Source: Acidobacteriota bacterium
GTDB taxonomy: Bacteria; Acidobacteriota; UBA6911; RPQK01; CBDAPI01
Direction: 5' to 3'
Length of the DNA stretch: 64,000 bases
NCBI GenBank assembly: GCA_965205345.1
Contig: CBDBGQ010000039.1
Coordinates: forward strand, 19,600-83,599
How positions within the stretch are numbered: position 1 is the first letter of the stretch; every line of letters starts with the position of its first letter. Made by a program: the position numbers and the translations under genes. Below the pieces are notes generated by a model. That model searched no databases, had not been told where the DNA came from, and was given only the letters and a program-made list of their open reading frames with translations. Positions 52,593 to 61,711 of the stretch are shown here, one piece after another.

Positions 52593-53384
52593 TTACTCCA
52601 CTGTGGCAGGAAACACTGTCGCCGCCGTCCAGCCTCCATCGACTGTGAGCATGCAGCCGGTCACATAACTCGAGGATTCGCTGGCCAGAAAGACCGCCGG
52701 AGCCCGGATCTCCTGCAACCGTCCCCAGCGATTCATCGGAACCGCGTTACGGATAAAGGCCTCAAACTCTTTGACGACCGACTGATTCATGGGCGTGAGA
52801 AAAGGCCCCGGACAGAGGGCGTTGCAGGTGACGCCGTAAGAGGCCAGTTCGGCGGCCAGGGTACGCGTAATCTGCACCACGGCTCCCTTGCTCGCATTGT
52901 AGGAGCTCCGATAGGAGAGACCCACTATTCCGAGAGCGCTGGCCAGGTTGATGATCCGTCCGTAGCCGGCTTTCTTCATGTGCGGGACCACCGCGCGACA
53001 CCCCAGCCACACTCCCTCCACGTTCACCTTTTGAACCGCCCGGAAGTCTTCAAAGCTGAGTTGCTCAATGGGCCCCCGGATATTGATCCCGGCGTTGTTG
53101 ACCAGGATGTCCACTTTGCCCCAGAGTCCCAGGGCCGTCTCGACCATGGTCTGGATGTCGTCCGGACGACTCACATCGGCAACCAGTCCCGAGGCCCGGC
53201 TTCCGGTTTCCTGGGTGATCGACTCGGCTGCAGCCTGGATTTCTGTCTGGTTCCGCGACGTGATCATGACTTCAGCACCTGCAGCAGCAAGAGCACCGGC
53301 CATCTCACGGCCAAGACCCTTGGACCCGCCGGTGACAATCGCGACCCGGTCCGTCAAGTCAAAAAGCTGGTTTCCATCGGGCAT
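52593..53384 (-). CDS. SDR family oxidoreductase (FabG / gluconate 5-dehydrogenase-like)
   Basis: [12 protein letters not shown] (TGxxxGxG), NNAG, and the YNASKGAV catalytic motif. Confidence 0.9.
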   Translation of the reverse strand: MPDGNQLFDLTDRVAIVTGGSKGLGREMAGALAAAGAEVMITSRNQTEIQAAAESITQETGSRASGLVADVSRPDDIQTMVETALGLWGKVDILVNNAGINIRGPIEQLSFEDFRAVQKVNVEGVWLGCRAVVPHMKKAGYGRIINLASALGIVGLSYRSSYNASKGAVVQITRTLAAELASYGVTCNALCPGPFLTPMNQSVVKEFEAFIRNAVPMNRWGRLQEIRAPAVFLASESSSYVTGCMLTVDGGWTAATVFPATVE

Positions 53385-53552
53385 TTTGTTCTCCTTTTCT
53401 GCTTCGGTGCCGACTTCGCTCGAGTGAAGCGGATCTGCAATTCGGAGTCAAGTCAGCTCGGGGCGCGAGAACAGAACGGTCAGGCGTCAGCCCACAGAGT
53501 GGGAGACGCCTCAGGGCGGCGATGCATAAGCAGTGGTTTGCCCCCGAACCCA

Positions 53553-54410
53553 TCACCTCGACCTTCCCAACAGGGACAATCCTATCCCTCCCAGTATCAG
53601 CACTGCCGAAAACAGTAAACGAACGGTGACTGTCTCGAAAAGAAACAGGACGCCTCCGACAGCCGCCAGCACCGGCACCGAGAGCTGAACCGTGGCGGCC
53701 CGCGTGGCACTCAGGCCCGGCAGAGCCGCATACCAGATCACGTACCCGAGTCCGGAGGTCAGAGCCCCGGATGCCATGGCCAGCAGCACACCGCTTCCGG
53801 AAAGCTCCAGACTGCGGAAAGCAACAGCGCTGACCAGGAGAGTGAAAGGGACAGAGCGTACGAAGTTTCCGGTCGTGACACCAACCGGGTCCTGGACCCC
53901 CCTCCCCAGAAGCGAGTACAGGCCCCAGGAGATTCCTGCCAGTCCCATGAGCAGGGATCCGGCTGCTGAAGGTGCGGAGAGCCCCGGCGAAACGAGATAG
54001 ATCAGTCCGACCAGGGCAGCTACCAGGCCCAGCCACTCCAGTTGAGCCGGTCGTTCTCCTGCCAGCAGGGCCGCCAGAATCATGGTCAGCTGAACCGCCC
54101 CGAACAGAATCAGGGCACCTGTGCCCGCACTCAGGCTCAGGTAGGCAAAAGAAAAGGCAATCGCGTAGAGAAACAGCAGGGAGGCGGCCCCCCAGTTGCC
54201 CGGGCGTACGGACGTGGTCGACCTCGAAGCCAGGGACGAGAAAACGAGTAGCGTCAGCGCACCGGAAAGAAGACGAACCGTTGTGAAACTGGCGGCGTCA
54301 ATGGCCGGCTCTTCCAGGGCCAGACGGCACAGGATCGAATTGGCCGCGAACGCCGTCAGGGCCAGCATCGTGCAGAGGGCAGTTCGCCTGGGCGTCGGGG
54401 CGTTGTTCAT
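53553..54410 (-). CDS. DMT superfamily (EamA-like) transporter
   Basis: 285 aa, 10 predicted TM helices, duplicated EamA-like halves. Confidence 0.85.
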   Translation of the reverse strand: MNNAPTPRRTALCTMLALTAFAANSILCRLALEEPAIDAASFTTVRLLSGALTLLVFSSLASRSTTSVRPGNWGAASLLFLYAIAFSFAYLSLSAGTGALILFGAVQLTMILAALLAGERPAQLEWLGLVAALVGLIYLVSPGLSAPSAAGSLLMGLAGISWGLYSLLGRGVQDPVGVTTGNFVRSVPFTLLVSAVAFRSLELSGSGVLLAMASGALTSGLGYVIWYAALPGLSATRAATVQLSVPVLAAVGGVLFLFETVTVRLLFSAVLILGGIGLSLLGRSR

Positions 54411-54624
54411 CGAGGTGGCTGCTTCCTTTGGAGCAGAGCAGATGCTATCGGAAGTCGACCCCGCAGGCCAGCAGCATTCCCGGGTTTACCGGAACCACCG
54501 TGTTCACGTACGATTAGTGGATCTTCTCACACTGGTGAAGGACGAGACCGGCGCATAATGGCAAGTTGCACTTCCGTTTCGTCGCTCGTTCCGACTGGCC
54601 GGGCCACAGGAGCTTGAACATAAG

Positions 54625-55245
54625 GTGGAAATAGAAGGACTCAACGATTCGAAGCCCTCCGTGGGGCAGGAGTACGCCAACGGGGAGGAAGCAGCAGACC
54701 AGCCAGTAGAAGGGATTCCCGAAAAAGGACGGTTGTTCTGGCTGCTCCTCCTCTCCCAGGCCTTTTGCCTGGTGTGGGTCGTTATCAATGTGCTGGCCTT
54801 CGATATTGCCTGGCGACTGGCCAGGCCTGTTTCCCTGGGCGTCGTATGGGCCATTCAAGAGACAGCACGCCAGAGCGGTCTCCCGGTTGGAGATGATCAC
54901 AGCCTGGTTGGAGCGGCTCTCTTCATGGCCTTTTTCTTTTCAACGATCGTTGGCTTCCAATGGGTGGCGGTACGGGGATCAACTCTGTTGCTGGGAGGTC
55001 TTCCCATTCCGAGACAGAGCTGGCCCTTTGAGCTGGCGGGTTTGCGCCTGGCCCGCCTGGGAGTGCTGGGAACAGTCGGCTTGATGACACTGCTGGCAGC
55101 CATCTTCGCCCAGCCCTGGGTACCTGCCGCCAGCTGTGCCTCCTGCGGGCATGTTCCAGCCGCCATCATCGGTGGTCTGTTTGGCGCTGTCTCCGGACCG
55201 GCCCTGGTCTGGTGGCTGCGTTCCCCGAAGCCAACCGTCTCCTGA
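54625..55245 (+). CDS. hypothetical membrane protein
   Basis: GTG-start ORF with 4-5 hydrophobic helices. No family recognised. The competing antisense ORFs look less protein-like. Confidence 0.4.
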   Translation: MEIEGLNDSKPSVGQEYANGEEAADQPVEGIPEKGRLFWLLLLSQAFCLVWVVINVLAFDIAWRLARPVSLGVVWAIQETARQSGLPVGDDHSLVGAALFMAFFFSTIVGFQWVAVRGSTLLLGGLPIPRQSWPFELAGLRLARLGVLGTVGLMTLLAAIFAQPWVPAASCASCGHVPAAIIGGLFGAVSGPALVWWLRSPKPTVS

Positions 55246-55284
55246 ACCGGGTCGTGCCGCGCTCAGCCGCCGGGGCAGTATTCT

Positions 55285-55313
55285 GACAGAACGGCATGGC
55301 GTCAGCGTGCCGT
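55285..55313. repeat. REP-like palindrome GACAGAACGGCATGgcgtcagCGTGCCGT
   Basis: 8-bp stem (one mismatch) with a 7-nt loop. A near-identical copy lies at 55813-55841 and a degenerate half-copy at about 53480-53505. Confidence 0.7.
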
Positions 55314-55373
55314 GATGAGGAATAACCTTGGAGGGTTGGAAGGGGGCGCTGCGGAGGGCAGCGCCCGCTCCAC

Positions 55374-55625
55374 TCATGATTGCGGTTTATCGGGGCATCT
55401 GCAGCCAGTCGAAGCCTTTCCGGGATTCGTCGGACAGTCGCCGTGCCTCAGGTGCGCCGCCTCGGCGGCGTGCTTAACGTGAATCTTATGACCTCTGTCA
55501 AACAAAAACGTCCGGACAGTCACGTGACACAAATAGACCTTTCCATGGTCCGCCATCAGCAGATGTGAGAGCGGCAGCGCGGCGAGTGCCAGCAGGACGA
55601 TACTTGCACAGATTGTTTTCTTCAT
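55374..55625 (-). CDS. small secreted hypothetical protein (His/Cys-rich)
   Basis: Internal ATG 55625 gives MKKTICASIVLLALAALPLSHLLMA, a signal peptide. The mature part contains HGKVYLCHVT...HKIHVKHAAEAAHLRHGDC...GCRC. Confidence 0.45.
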   Translation of the reverse strand: MKKTICASIVLLALAALPLSHLLMADHGKVYLCHVTVRTFLFDRGHKIHVKHAAEAAHLRHGDCPTNPGKASTGCRCPDKPQS

Positions 55626-55812
55626 GATTGAAAGCCTCCCCTGACTAAATGTTTGTAAGAAAAGCTGTGGAAGATGTTTGTACAGAGGGGATGTGAAAGG
55701 CAAGAGAATTGTGAGTTCTCTGGGAAAAATCGTACCGGCTTGTGTTCTGCGTCACGGTCTCGGACTTGAGCCCGGTAGAGTAGGCGCCTCAGGCTGCAAT
55801 CAGGGATGTGCG

Positions 55813-55841
55813 GACAGAACGGCACGGCGTAAGCGTGCCGT
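55813..55841. repeat. REP-like palindrome GACAGAACGGCACGgcgtaagCGTGCCGT
   Basis: Second copy, same orientation as 55285-55313. Together the two copies flank the small secreted-protein gene. Confidence 0.7.
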
Positions 55842-55873
55842 TAGCGGCACTCAGGTGTCAGGACCGCGTTGAG

Positions 55874-55914
55874 GGTCGACCGTTGACGTGAAACGTGAAA
55901 CGTGGAACGTGGAA
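55874..55914. repeat. heptamer array GGTCGAC CGTTGA CGTGAAA CGTGAAA CGTGGAA CGTGGAA
   Basis: Ends 1 nt before the stop codon (55916-55918) of the VKOR-DsbA gene. Confidence 0.9.
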
Positions 55915-55915
55915 C

Positions 55916-57130
55916 TTAGTTCCCGAGGAGCTCCTCAATCAGCGCCTCCAGCGCCGCCGCCCTCACATCCGGCACCCGCCGATTGTTCAAAAAGACGCTG
56001 GGAGTCGAGTTGATATCCAGCTCGATCCCCATCTGGATATCCGCGGCCACCCGCCCGGCAACAGCCTCGCTGGACAGGTCCTCAGCAAAGCGCTCCGTGT
56101 CCAGCCCGGCGCTGGCCGCCAGCTTGCTAAAGACGTTGGGATCGGTGCCCATGTCCTGCAGGAAGAGCACATCATGAAAGTCCCAGAACTTTCCCTGCAG
56201 CCGGGCTGCTTCTCCCGCCCGAGCCGCTTCGCAGGCCCGGTCATGCAGCTCCCGTGTCATGATCGGATTGCAGCCCTTGCCCAGTGGAAAGTGAACGAAG
56301 ACGAGACGCAGCTGCTCGGAGTAGTGCTCCTCCAGATGCCGTGCCTGGAAAGCGAAATCCTTGCAGTAGGGGCACTGAAAGTCACTGAAGACAACCATCT
56401 GCAGCAGAGCATCCTCAGAACCCAGAGACGGGTGATCGGCCCTGATCGCGACAGGCTGCAGCGGACTGGACTGATAGGCAGTCAGGAGTTCTGCCCCATT
56501 GATTTGCGGAGCTTTGCCCTCAAAGCGGACGAACTCCACCAGGACCCACTGGTAGATGACAATTCCGACCAGCAGCGGCAGCAGCAGGGCCACCAGTCTC
56601 CAGGAACTGAGCCGGGACTCGGGATCGTCGGAACTCCGCAGAAAACGGCCGGACCGGACGATCCCTCGAGCCGCGCCCGACCAGGAGAGCCCCGAGGCCA
56701 TTTTCAGTCCTGTCAGCAAAGCCAGATTGAGCGCGTTGATGAGAGCACAGGCCGGACAGAAGGGCCAGGTTCCAGAAACGAGCCCGACCAGCAGATAGAC
56801 GCTCACCACAGCACCGATACCACTGACGGCGATAGCGGCGATCATCCCCTCTCTACGGAAATCATCTCCCAGGAGAGAGGTCAACCAGACCAGGGTCAAA
56901 AGGAACCCGAAATAGACCAGTCCCCAGCCCGCCAGAGGGATGCCCATCTGGATGGAGCCCTGGCTGTGCAGTGTCCGGTCACAGCTCGCACCTAAGAGAG
57001 TCGAGCAGGCATCCCGCCCCACCTCCCAGGCTCCCAGCAGCCCCAGGTGGCGGTAAAGGAGATACCCGGAGAGCAGCCCTCCAATCAGGATCAGGATTGT
57101 GCTGAGTCGTAATGCAGTTCGCTGGCTCAT
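55916..57130 (-). CDS. vitamin K epoxide reductase (VKOR) domain fused to a DsbA-like thioredoxin domain
   Basis: N-terminal 4-5 TM segments with loop cysteines (DACSTLLGASC) and CPAC. C-terminal VVFSDFQCPYCKDF thioredoxin-fold CxxC. Confidence 0.85.
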   Translation of the reverse strand: MSQRTALRLSTILILIGGLLSGYLLYRHLGLLGAWEVGRDACSTLLGASCDRTLHSQGSIQMGIPLAGWGLVYFGFLLTLVWLTSLLGDDFRREGMIAAIAVSGIGAVVSVYLLVGLVSGTWPFCPACALINALNLALLTGLKMASGLSWSGAARGIVRSGRFLRSSDDPESRLSSWRLVALLLPLLVGIVIYQWVLVEFVRFEGKAPQINGAELLTAYQSSPLQPVAIRADHPSLGSEDALLQMVVFSDFQCPYCKDFAFQARHLEEHYSEQLRLVFVHFPLGKGCNPIMTRELHDRACEAARAGEAARLQGKFWDFHDVLFLQDMGTDPNVFSKLAASAGLDTERFAEDLSSEAVAGRVAADIQMGIELDINSTPSVFLNNRRVPDVRAAALEALIEELLGN

Positions 57131-57187
57131 TCTTTTCCGACCTCCAACCCCCGTGACAGGCTAAAGAGCTTACTGTTTCAGCTCGGA

Positions 57188-57230
57188 AGTGGAAAGTGGA
57201 AAGTGGGAGGTCGAAAAGTCGAAAGTGGGA
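57188..57230. repeat. heptamer array AGTGGAA AGTGGAA AGTGGGA GGTCGAA (A) AGTCGAA AGTGGGA
   Basis: Read directly. There is a one-nucleotide phase slip at 57216. Confidence 0.85.
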
Positions 57231-57245
57231 GGGGCCTCTGGTGTG

Positions 57246-57291
57246 CGGTGCCATGACATCCTTTACACGGTGTGCCAGGACATCCTTTACA
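57246..57291. repeat. tandem 22/24-nt direct repeat CGGTG(TG)CCAKGACATCCTTTACA x2
   Basis: Unit A is at 57246-57267 and unit B at 57268-57291. The repeat lies just outside the putative left end of the second IS256-family element. Confidence 0.75.
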
Positions 57292-57307
57292 GAATGGGGT
57301 AAGAAGA

Positions 57308-58654
57308 GAGCTAGGGGTGTACCGTTCTTTCTGTAATTTGAGGAAGGTGAGCTAAAAGGATCAGAGGTCTGGGGCAGGATTTCTCCAAAAACTCAAGACA
57401 AGAGCAAGGAGGATCCGAATGACCCCAGACCCAGAACAGAGGCTACCACGAGAATTGTTGAAAGAACTGATCGAAGAAGGCAGCGACGCGTTTCGAGGAG
57501 TGTTGGAGAAACTGCTCAACACCGCCATGCAGATGGAACGAGAAGAGTTTCTGGGAGCTCGACGCTGGGAGCGGAGCGAGCAGCGTCGAGACCACGCCAA
57601 CGGGTACAAGGCCAAGACGCTGTCAACTCGAGTGGGACAGCTTCAAATCCGGATTCCACAAGTACGTCACCTGGACTTCTATCCCCGATCCCTGGAGCGA
57701 GGGTGCCGCTCGGAGAAAGCCCTGAAGCTGGCCATCGCCGAGATGTACGTGATGGGCGTGTCGACGCGCAAGGTCACTGAGATTACCGAGCAGCTGTGCG
57801 GCACCGAGATCTCCGCCAGCCAGGTCTCAAGAATCTCCAAGCTGCTGGACGACGAACTCGAGCAGTTTCGCAACCGCCCTTTGGGCAGCTATCCAGTTGT
57901 GTACCTAGATGCCCACTACGAGAAGGTCCGTCGCCAGGGCAGCATTCAGGATGTGGCCGTCTTGAAAGCGACCGGAGTCAACTGCTGGGGCAAGCGGGAG
58001 GTGATTGGGGTCAGCTGCCGACTCAGCGAGGCGGAGGTCCACTGGCGAGAGTTTCTGCAGCAGCTTCAAAAGCGTGGTCTGGAGGGTGTGCAGCTGATTG
58101 TCAGCGATGACCACTCAGGACTACGAGCTGCCAGAAGAGCTGTCTTTCCTTCAGTGCCCTGGCAACGCTGTCAGTTTCACCTGAGCCAGAATGCTCAGCG
58201 ATACGCCCGCCGATCCGACCAACGTGCCGCCATCGCCACTGACATTCGAGACATCTTCAATGCCCCGTCTGGAGGCGAAGCTGAGGCGATGCTTCGGGCC
58301 AGAGTCGAGCAATACTACGACCGCAACCCGGAGCTGGCCGATTGGATGGAGACCAATCTGCCGGAAGGCTTTACGGTCTTTCGTTTTGCACGTTCTACCT
58401 GGCGGCGCATTCGCACCAACAACGGGCTGGAGAACCTAAACCGTCAGATTCGCCGGCGTACCCGGGTCGTCGGTATCTTTCCAAACACCGAGTCCGCACT
58501 ACGACTCATCACCGCTGTCGTCGAGGAGATTCACGAAGACTGGCTGATCGGGAAACAGTACCTCAGCCTGGTCGATTTCAAACCACAGGAGAATCCGATC
58601 TCAGATCACTCTCAGTCAAATTACAGAAAAACAGTTGCTTAGCCAATTCTGCTC
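57308..58654 (+). mobile_element. second, distinct IS256-family element (boundaries approximate)
   Basis: Intact transposase gene. Perfect 14-bp inverted repeat TTTCTGTAATTTGA (57328-57341) / TCAAATTACAGAAA (58616-58629). Both candidate ends begin GAGC, like the 1380-bp IS. No clean target duplication was found, so the ends are uncertain. Confidence 0.35.
57419..58642 (+). CDS. IS256/Mutator-family transposase (intact, 407 aa)
   Basis: Uninterrupted ORF with VVYLDAHYEKVR, IVSDDHSGLRAA, WQRCQFHLSQN and IRTNNGLENLNRQIRRR motifs. Confidence 0.95.
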   Translation: MTPDPEQRLPRELLKELIEEGSDAFRGVLEKLLNTAMQMEREEFLGARRWERSEQRRDHANGYKAKTLSTRVGQLQIRIPQVRHLDFYPRSLERGCRSEKALKLAIAEMYVMGVSTRKVTEITEQLCGTEISASQVSRISKLLDDELEQFRNRPLGSYPVVYLDAHYEKVRRQGSIQDVAVLKATGVNCWGKREVIGVSCRLSEAEVHWREFLQQLQKRGLEGVQLIVSDDHSGLRAARRAVFPSVPWQRCQFHLSQNAQRYARRSDQRAAIATDIRDIFNAPSGGEAEAMLRARVEQYYDRNPELADWMETNLPEGFTVFRFARSTWRRIRTNNGLENLNRQIRRRTRVVGIFPNTESALRLITAVVEEIHEDWLIGKQYLSLVDFKPQENPISDHSQSNYRKTVA

Positions 58655-58889
58655 TCCTTTGGGTACACTTGCGGCTACTGTAATCAGGGGGTAAAGAGGC
58701 TGTTACTTCTTACAATACGGGGACAACTTTAGGGCCTCCTCAACCCGCGCGGGCCCGAACAGGGCACAACTATCTCTGGTCCTGCCCGTTCGGGAGCGCC
58801 TGCGAGACTCAGGCATGGGAGGCCGTCCTCGAAGAGGCAGCTCCGAATCATCCCCTCGATTACTGGTTCAGTGAAGACGCTGTCTGCTT

Positions 58890-59840
58890 ATGCGAGATCT
58901 TGCTACGAGATTCGTGGGCTCCAATCGGGCATTCGTACCCGTTTCAAGTCGCCTCCAACTGAGCGGCAAGTTTCTGAGCACCGGGGACACGAAAATCTTC
59001 CTCCGTGGAGTCACCTATGGACCCTTTCGTCCCGGTGACAATGGATGCGAGTACAAGACGCCCGCTTCGGTGAACCGCGACTTCTCCCGCATCGCCCGCA
59101 ACGGGATTAATTCGATCCGAACCTACACGGTTCCCCCCCGTTGGCTCCTGGACTCTGCCGCTGAGCACGGTCTTCGGGTCATGATCGGGATTCCCTGGGA
59201 GCAGCACGTTACTTTTCTGGATGAACGTCGTCGAAGACGGAATATTGAAGAGCGGGTTCGAGCGGGTGTTCGAGAATTCGCTGGCCATCCCGCCGTTCTG
59301 GCCTACTCGGTTGGAAACGAGATTCCAGCCCCGATCGTGCGCTGGTATGGCCGAAAGAAGATCGAATGGTTCATCAAGCGGCTTTACTCCGCGGCCAAGG
59401 AAGAGGATCCGGATGGACTGGTGACGTACGTCAACTATCCAATGACCGAGTACCTGCAGCTTCAGTTCCTGGACTTCGCCTGCTTCAACGTGTACCTGGA
59501 GAAGCAGGATCGGCTGAGTGCTTACCTGAAGAGGCTCCAGAGCATCGCCAGCGACAGACCTCTGGTCATGGCTGAAGTGGGTCTGGACAGCCGTCGAAAC
59601 GGCCTGGACAAACAGGCGGAAGTTCTCGACTGGCAGATTCGGACATTGTTCGAAGAGGGATGTTCGGGAGCCTTCATTTTTTCCTGGACCGACGAGTGGC
59701 ACCGCGGCGGAGTTGACATTGAAGACTGGGATTTCGGGCTGACCACCCGCGATCGCCAGGAGAAACCCGCTCTTCACTCGGTGCGTAAAAACTTCCAGCA
59801 GGTTCCTTTCCCGAAGAATGGGAAGAATGGAAGGAGATGG
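58890..59840 (+). pseudogene. clan GH-A (TIM-barrel) glycoside hydrolase-like gene, 3' end cut by IS copy 3
   Basis: VGNEIP (acid/base NE) and MAEVGLD (nucleophile E) contexts. The native sequence ends ...QQVPFPKNGKNGRRW at the IS terminus (59841), and the remaining ORF residues are IS-encoded. Confidence 0.6.
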
Positions 59841-61220
59841 GAGCTCTTGTCAATAGGTGTGGAAAAACATCAGGCGGCTTTCTCCTCCGGGACTTGGTTG
59901 ACCGGGACTCCATTGACATATTTGGCGCCCTGGTAGACGTCTTTCATCAGCTCCGGTGCCTTCAACCGGCGGAATCGCTGCTCCGCCACCAGCAGCATCT
60001 TCCAGATCACCGCCTGGGCGTTGTCCACTTTCTTGAATCGCTTGGCCGCGTCCGTTCGCAGCCGAAGAGCGGCAAACGGTGACTCCACTGGATTGGTGGT
60101 TCGCAGATGCTGCCACTGCTTCTTTGGATAGCAGGTAAAAGGTCACCATCCGGTCCCAGTCCTGCTCGATTAGCTCAGCCGCCAGAGTCAGCCCTCGCTG
60201 CCGGCACCAGTGCTGAAAAACCTTCTTGAGTCGTTGTGCTTCTTCTCGAGTCTCGGCGTAAGGGATCTGCCGCAGGATCAGCAAGGCCGGCTTGTGCACT
60301 CGCTTAGGGAGCTTGGTCAGCAGGTTGACGATCCGATGATTCCAGCAGCGCTGCTCCTCGGCCTGGGGATAGACGTTGCGCAAAGCTCCCCAGATGCCCA
60401 GGTGGCCGTCTCCGATCACCAGCCGTGGACAGCCCATCCCCCGGCGCTTCAAGTCGCGCAGTACTTCCGACCAGCTCTGGGTCGATTCCCGATAGCCGCT
60501 CGTGACCGACACCACGGCTTTGCTTCCGTCACTTAAGGCGGCCAGCACCACCAGCAGGACTGCCTTTTCCTTCTCCAGACCCGCCTTGACGTAGATTCCA
60601 TCTACCCATAAATACACCACTTCCAGATCATTCAAGGGTCGACTCTGCCAGACCTCCCATTCGGCCTGCCACTGCTCTTTCAATCTGGCCACCGTGGAGG
60701 ACGACAGGTGCGCCTTTTCCCCTAAAAGCCCTCTCAGAGCCAGATCAAAATTCCCCAGCGCCAGACCATGCAAGTACAGCTCAGGGATCAGTTCTCGAAC
60801 CTGCCGCGTCCGCTTGGCAAACAGGGGCAACACCCGACTTTCAAAGTGTTCCTCTAGATCCCGCACTCGAGGCCTTCGAACCTGGATCGTCCCCGAGCTC
60901 AGCGTCAGATGCCTCGGCTTCCCATATCCATTGCCATAGCCCGACGGAGCGTCCACGGCCCTTCGCCGCTCACTCTTACGCCGCCCTAATAACTCCGTGA
61001 CTTCCTCCTCCAGCAGCTCTTGAACCCAGCCTTGGATCTTCTCCCGCACCCAATCTTCCAGCTCCTCGAAACAAACTCTTGACTCGACACTTTCCTCAAT
61101 GCTCTGCTTGCTCATGCGGTGTGTACTCTTTCCGTTGCGGGCCTTTCGGCCCTGGGTTTTAAATCAACCCGGAAGGATACTCACCGCCTATGCTATTTAC
61201 ACACCTTCTGATGGTAGCTC
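59841..61220 (-). mobile_element. IS256-family insertion sequence, copy 3 (1380 bp), no target duplication
   Basis: Same termini as copies 1 and 2. The flanks GGAGATGG | IS | AATAACCG do not match. Confidence 0.9.
59850..61115 (-). CDS. IS256/Mutator-family transposase with the same +1 frameshift (C-terminal part in ORF 59870..60088)
   Basis: Three amino-acid differences from copy 1 in the listed ORF (N5S, D122N, K/Q). The frameshift is at the homologous site (about 60128-60140). Confidence 0.85.
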   Translation of the reverse strand: MSKQSIEESVESRVCFEELEDWVREKIQGWVQELLEEEVTELLGRRKSERRRAVDAPSGYGNGYGKPRHLTLSSGTIQVRRPRVRDLEEHFESRVLPLFAKRTRQVRELIPELYLHGLALGNFDLALRGLLGEKAHLSSSTVARLKEQWQAEWEVWQSRPLNDLEVVYLWVDGIYVKAGLEKEKAVLLVVLAALSDGSKAVVSVTSGYRESTQSWSEVLRDLKRRGMGCPRLVIGDGHLGIWGALRNVYPQAEEQRCWNHRIVNLLTKLPKRVHKPALLILRQIPYAETREEAQRLKKVFQHWCRQRGLTLAAELIEQDWDRMVTFYLLSKEAVAASANHQSSGVTVCRSSAANGRGQAIQESGQRPGGDLEDAAGGGAAIPPVEGTGADERRLPGRQICQWSPGQPSPGGESRLMFFHTY

Positions 61221-61711
61221 AATAACCGCATGGTTGCCGCTTCGCTTTAACCCCACAATGCACATTTCGTATCGATTTGCCACTCTAGCCCTCAACAACA
61301 CGCATTATAGCCTCCGTTTCCATGATCAGCGCAGCTAGCGCTCAAGAAAGAAGACATGTGCGGTGTTGGGTGACCTAACCGATGTGCTACAGGAATCAGT
61401 AGGCTCAGCATCTAGCGATACGGAAAAAAACTAGGGGAAAACCCTCAACAAGTCTCAAAAAGGGCTTTTGGCACGACGCGATCACTCATTCCGCAGAAGA
61501 TCGAGTCCTGATCGATCACGGATACACTTTACTAAAAAGTCGAACCAAGAAATATAGGCAAGCCTTGTGCTAAATAACATAATTCCTCAACCGAGGAAAC
61601 CCGGATAGTCTTTTTTGAGCGAATTTCGTTCAGAGGACAGGGGGGTTATAGTTACTATCCGTCAGCATGAAACTTGGAGTCCATTGCTAACAGCCTCGAT
61701 CTATTTGTCGA

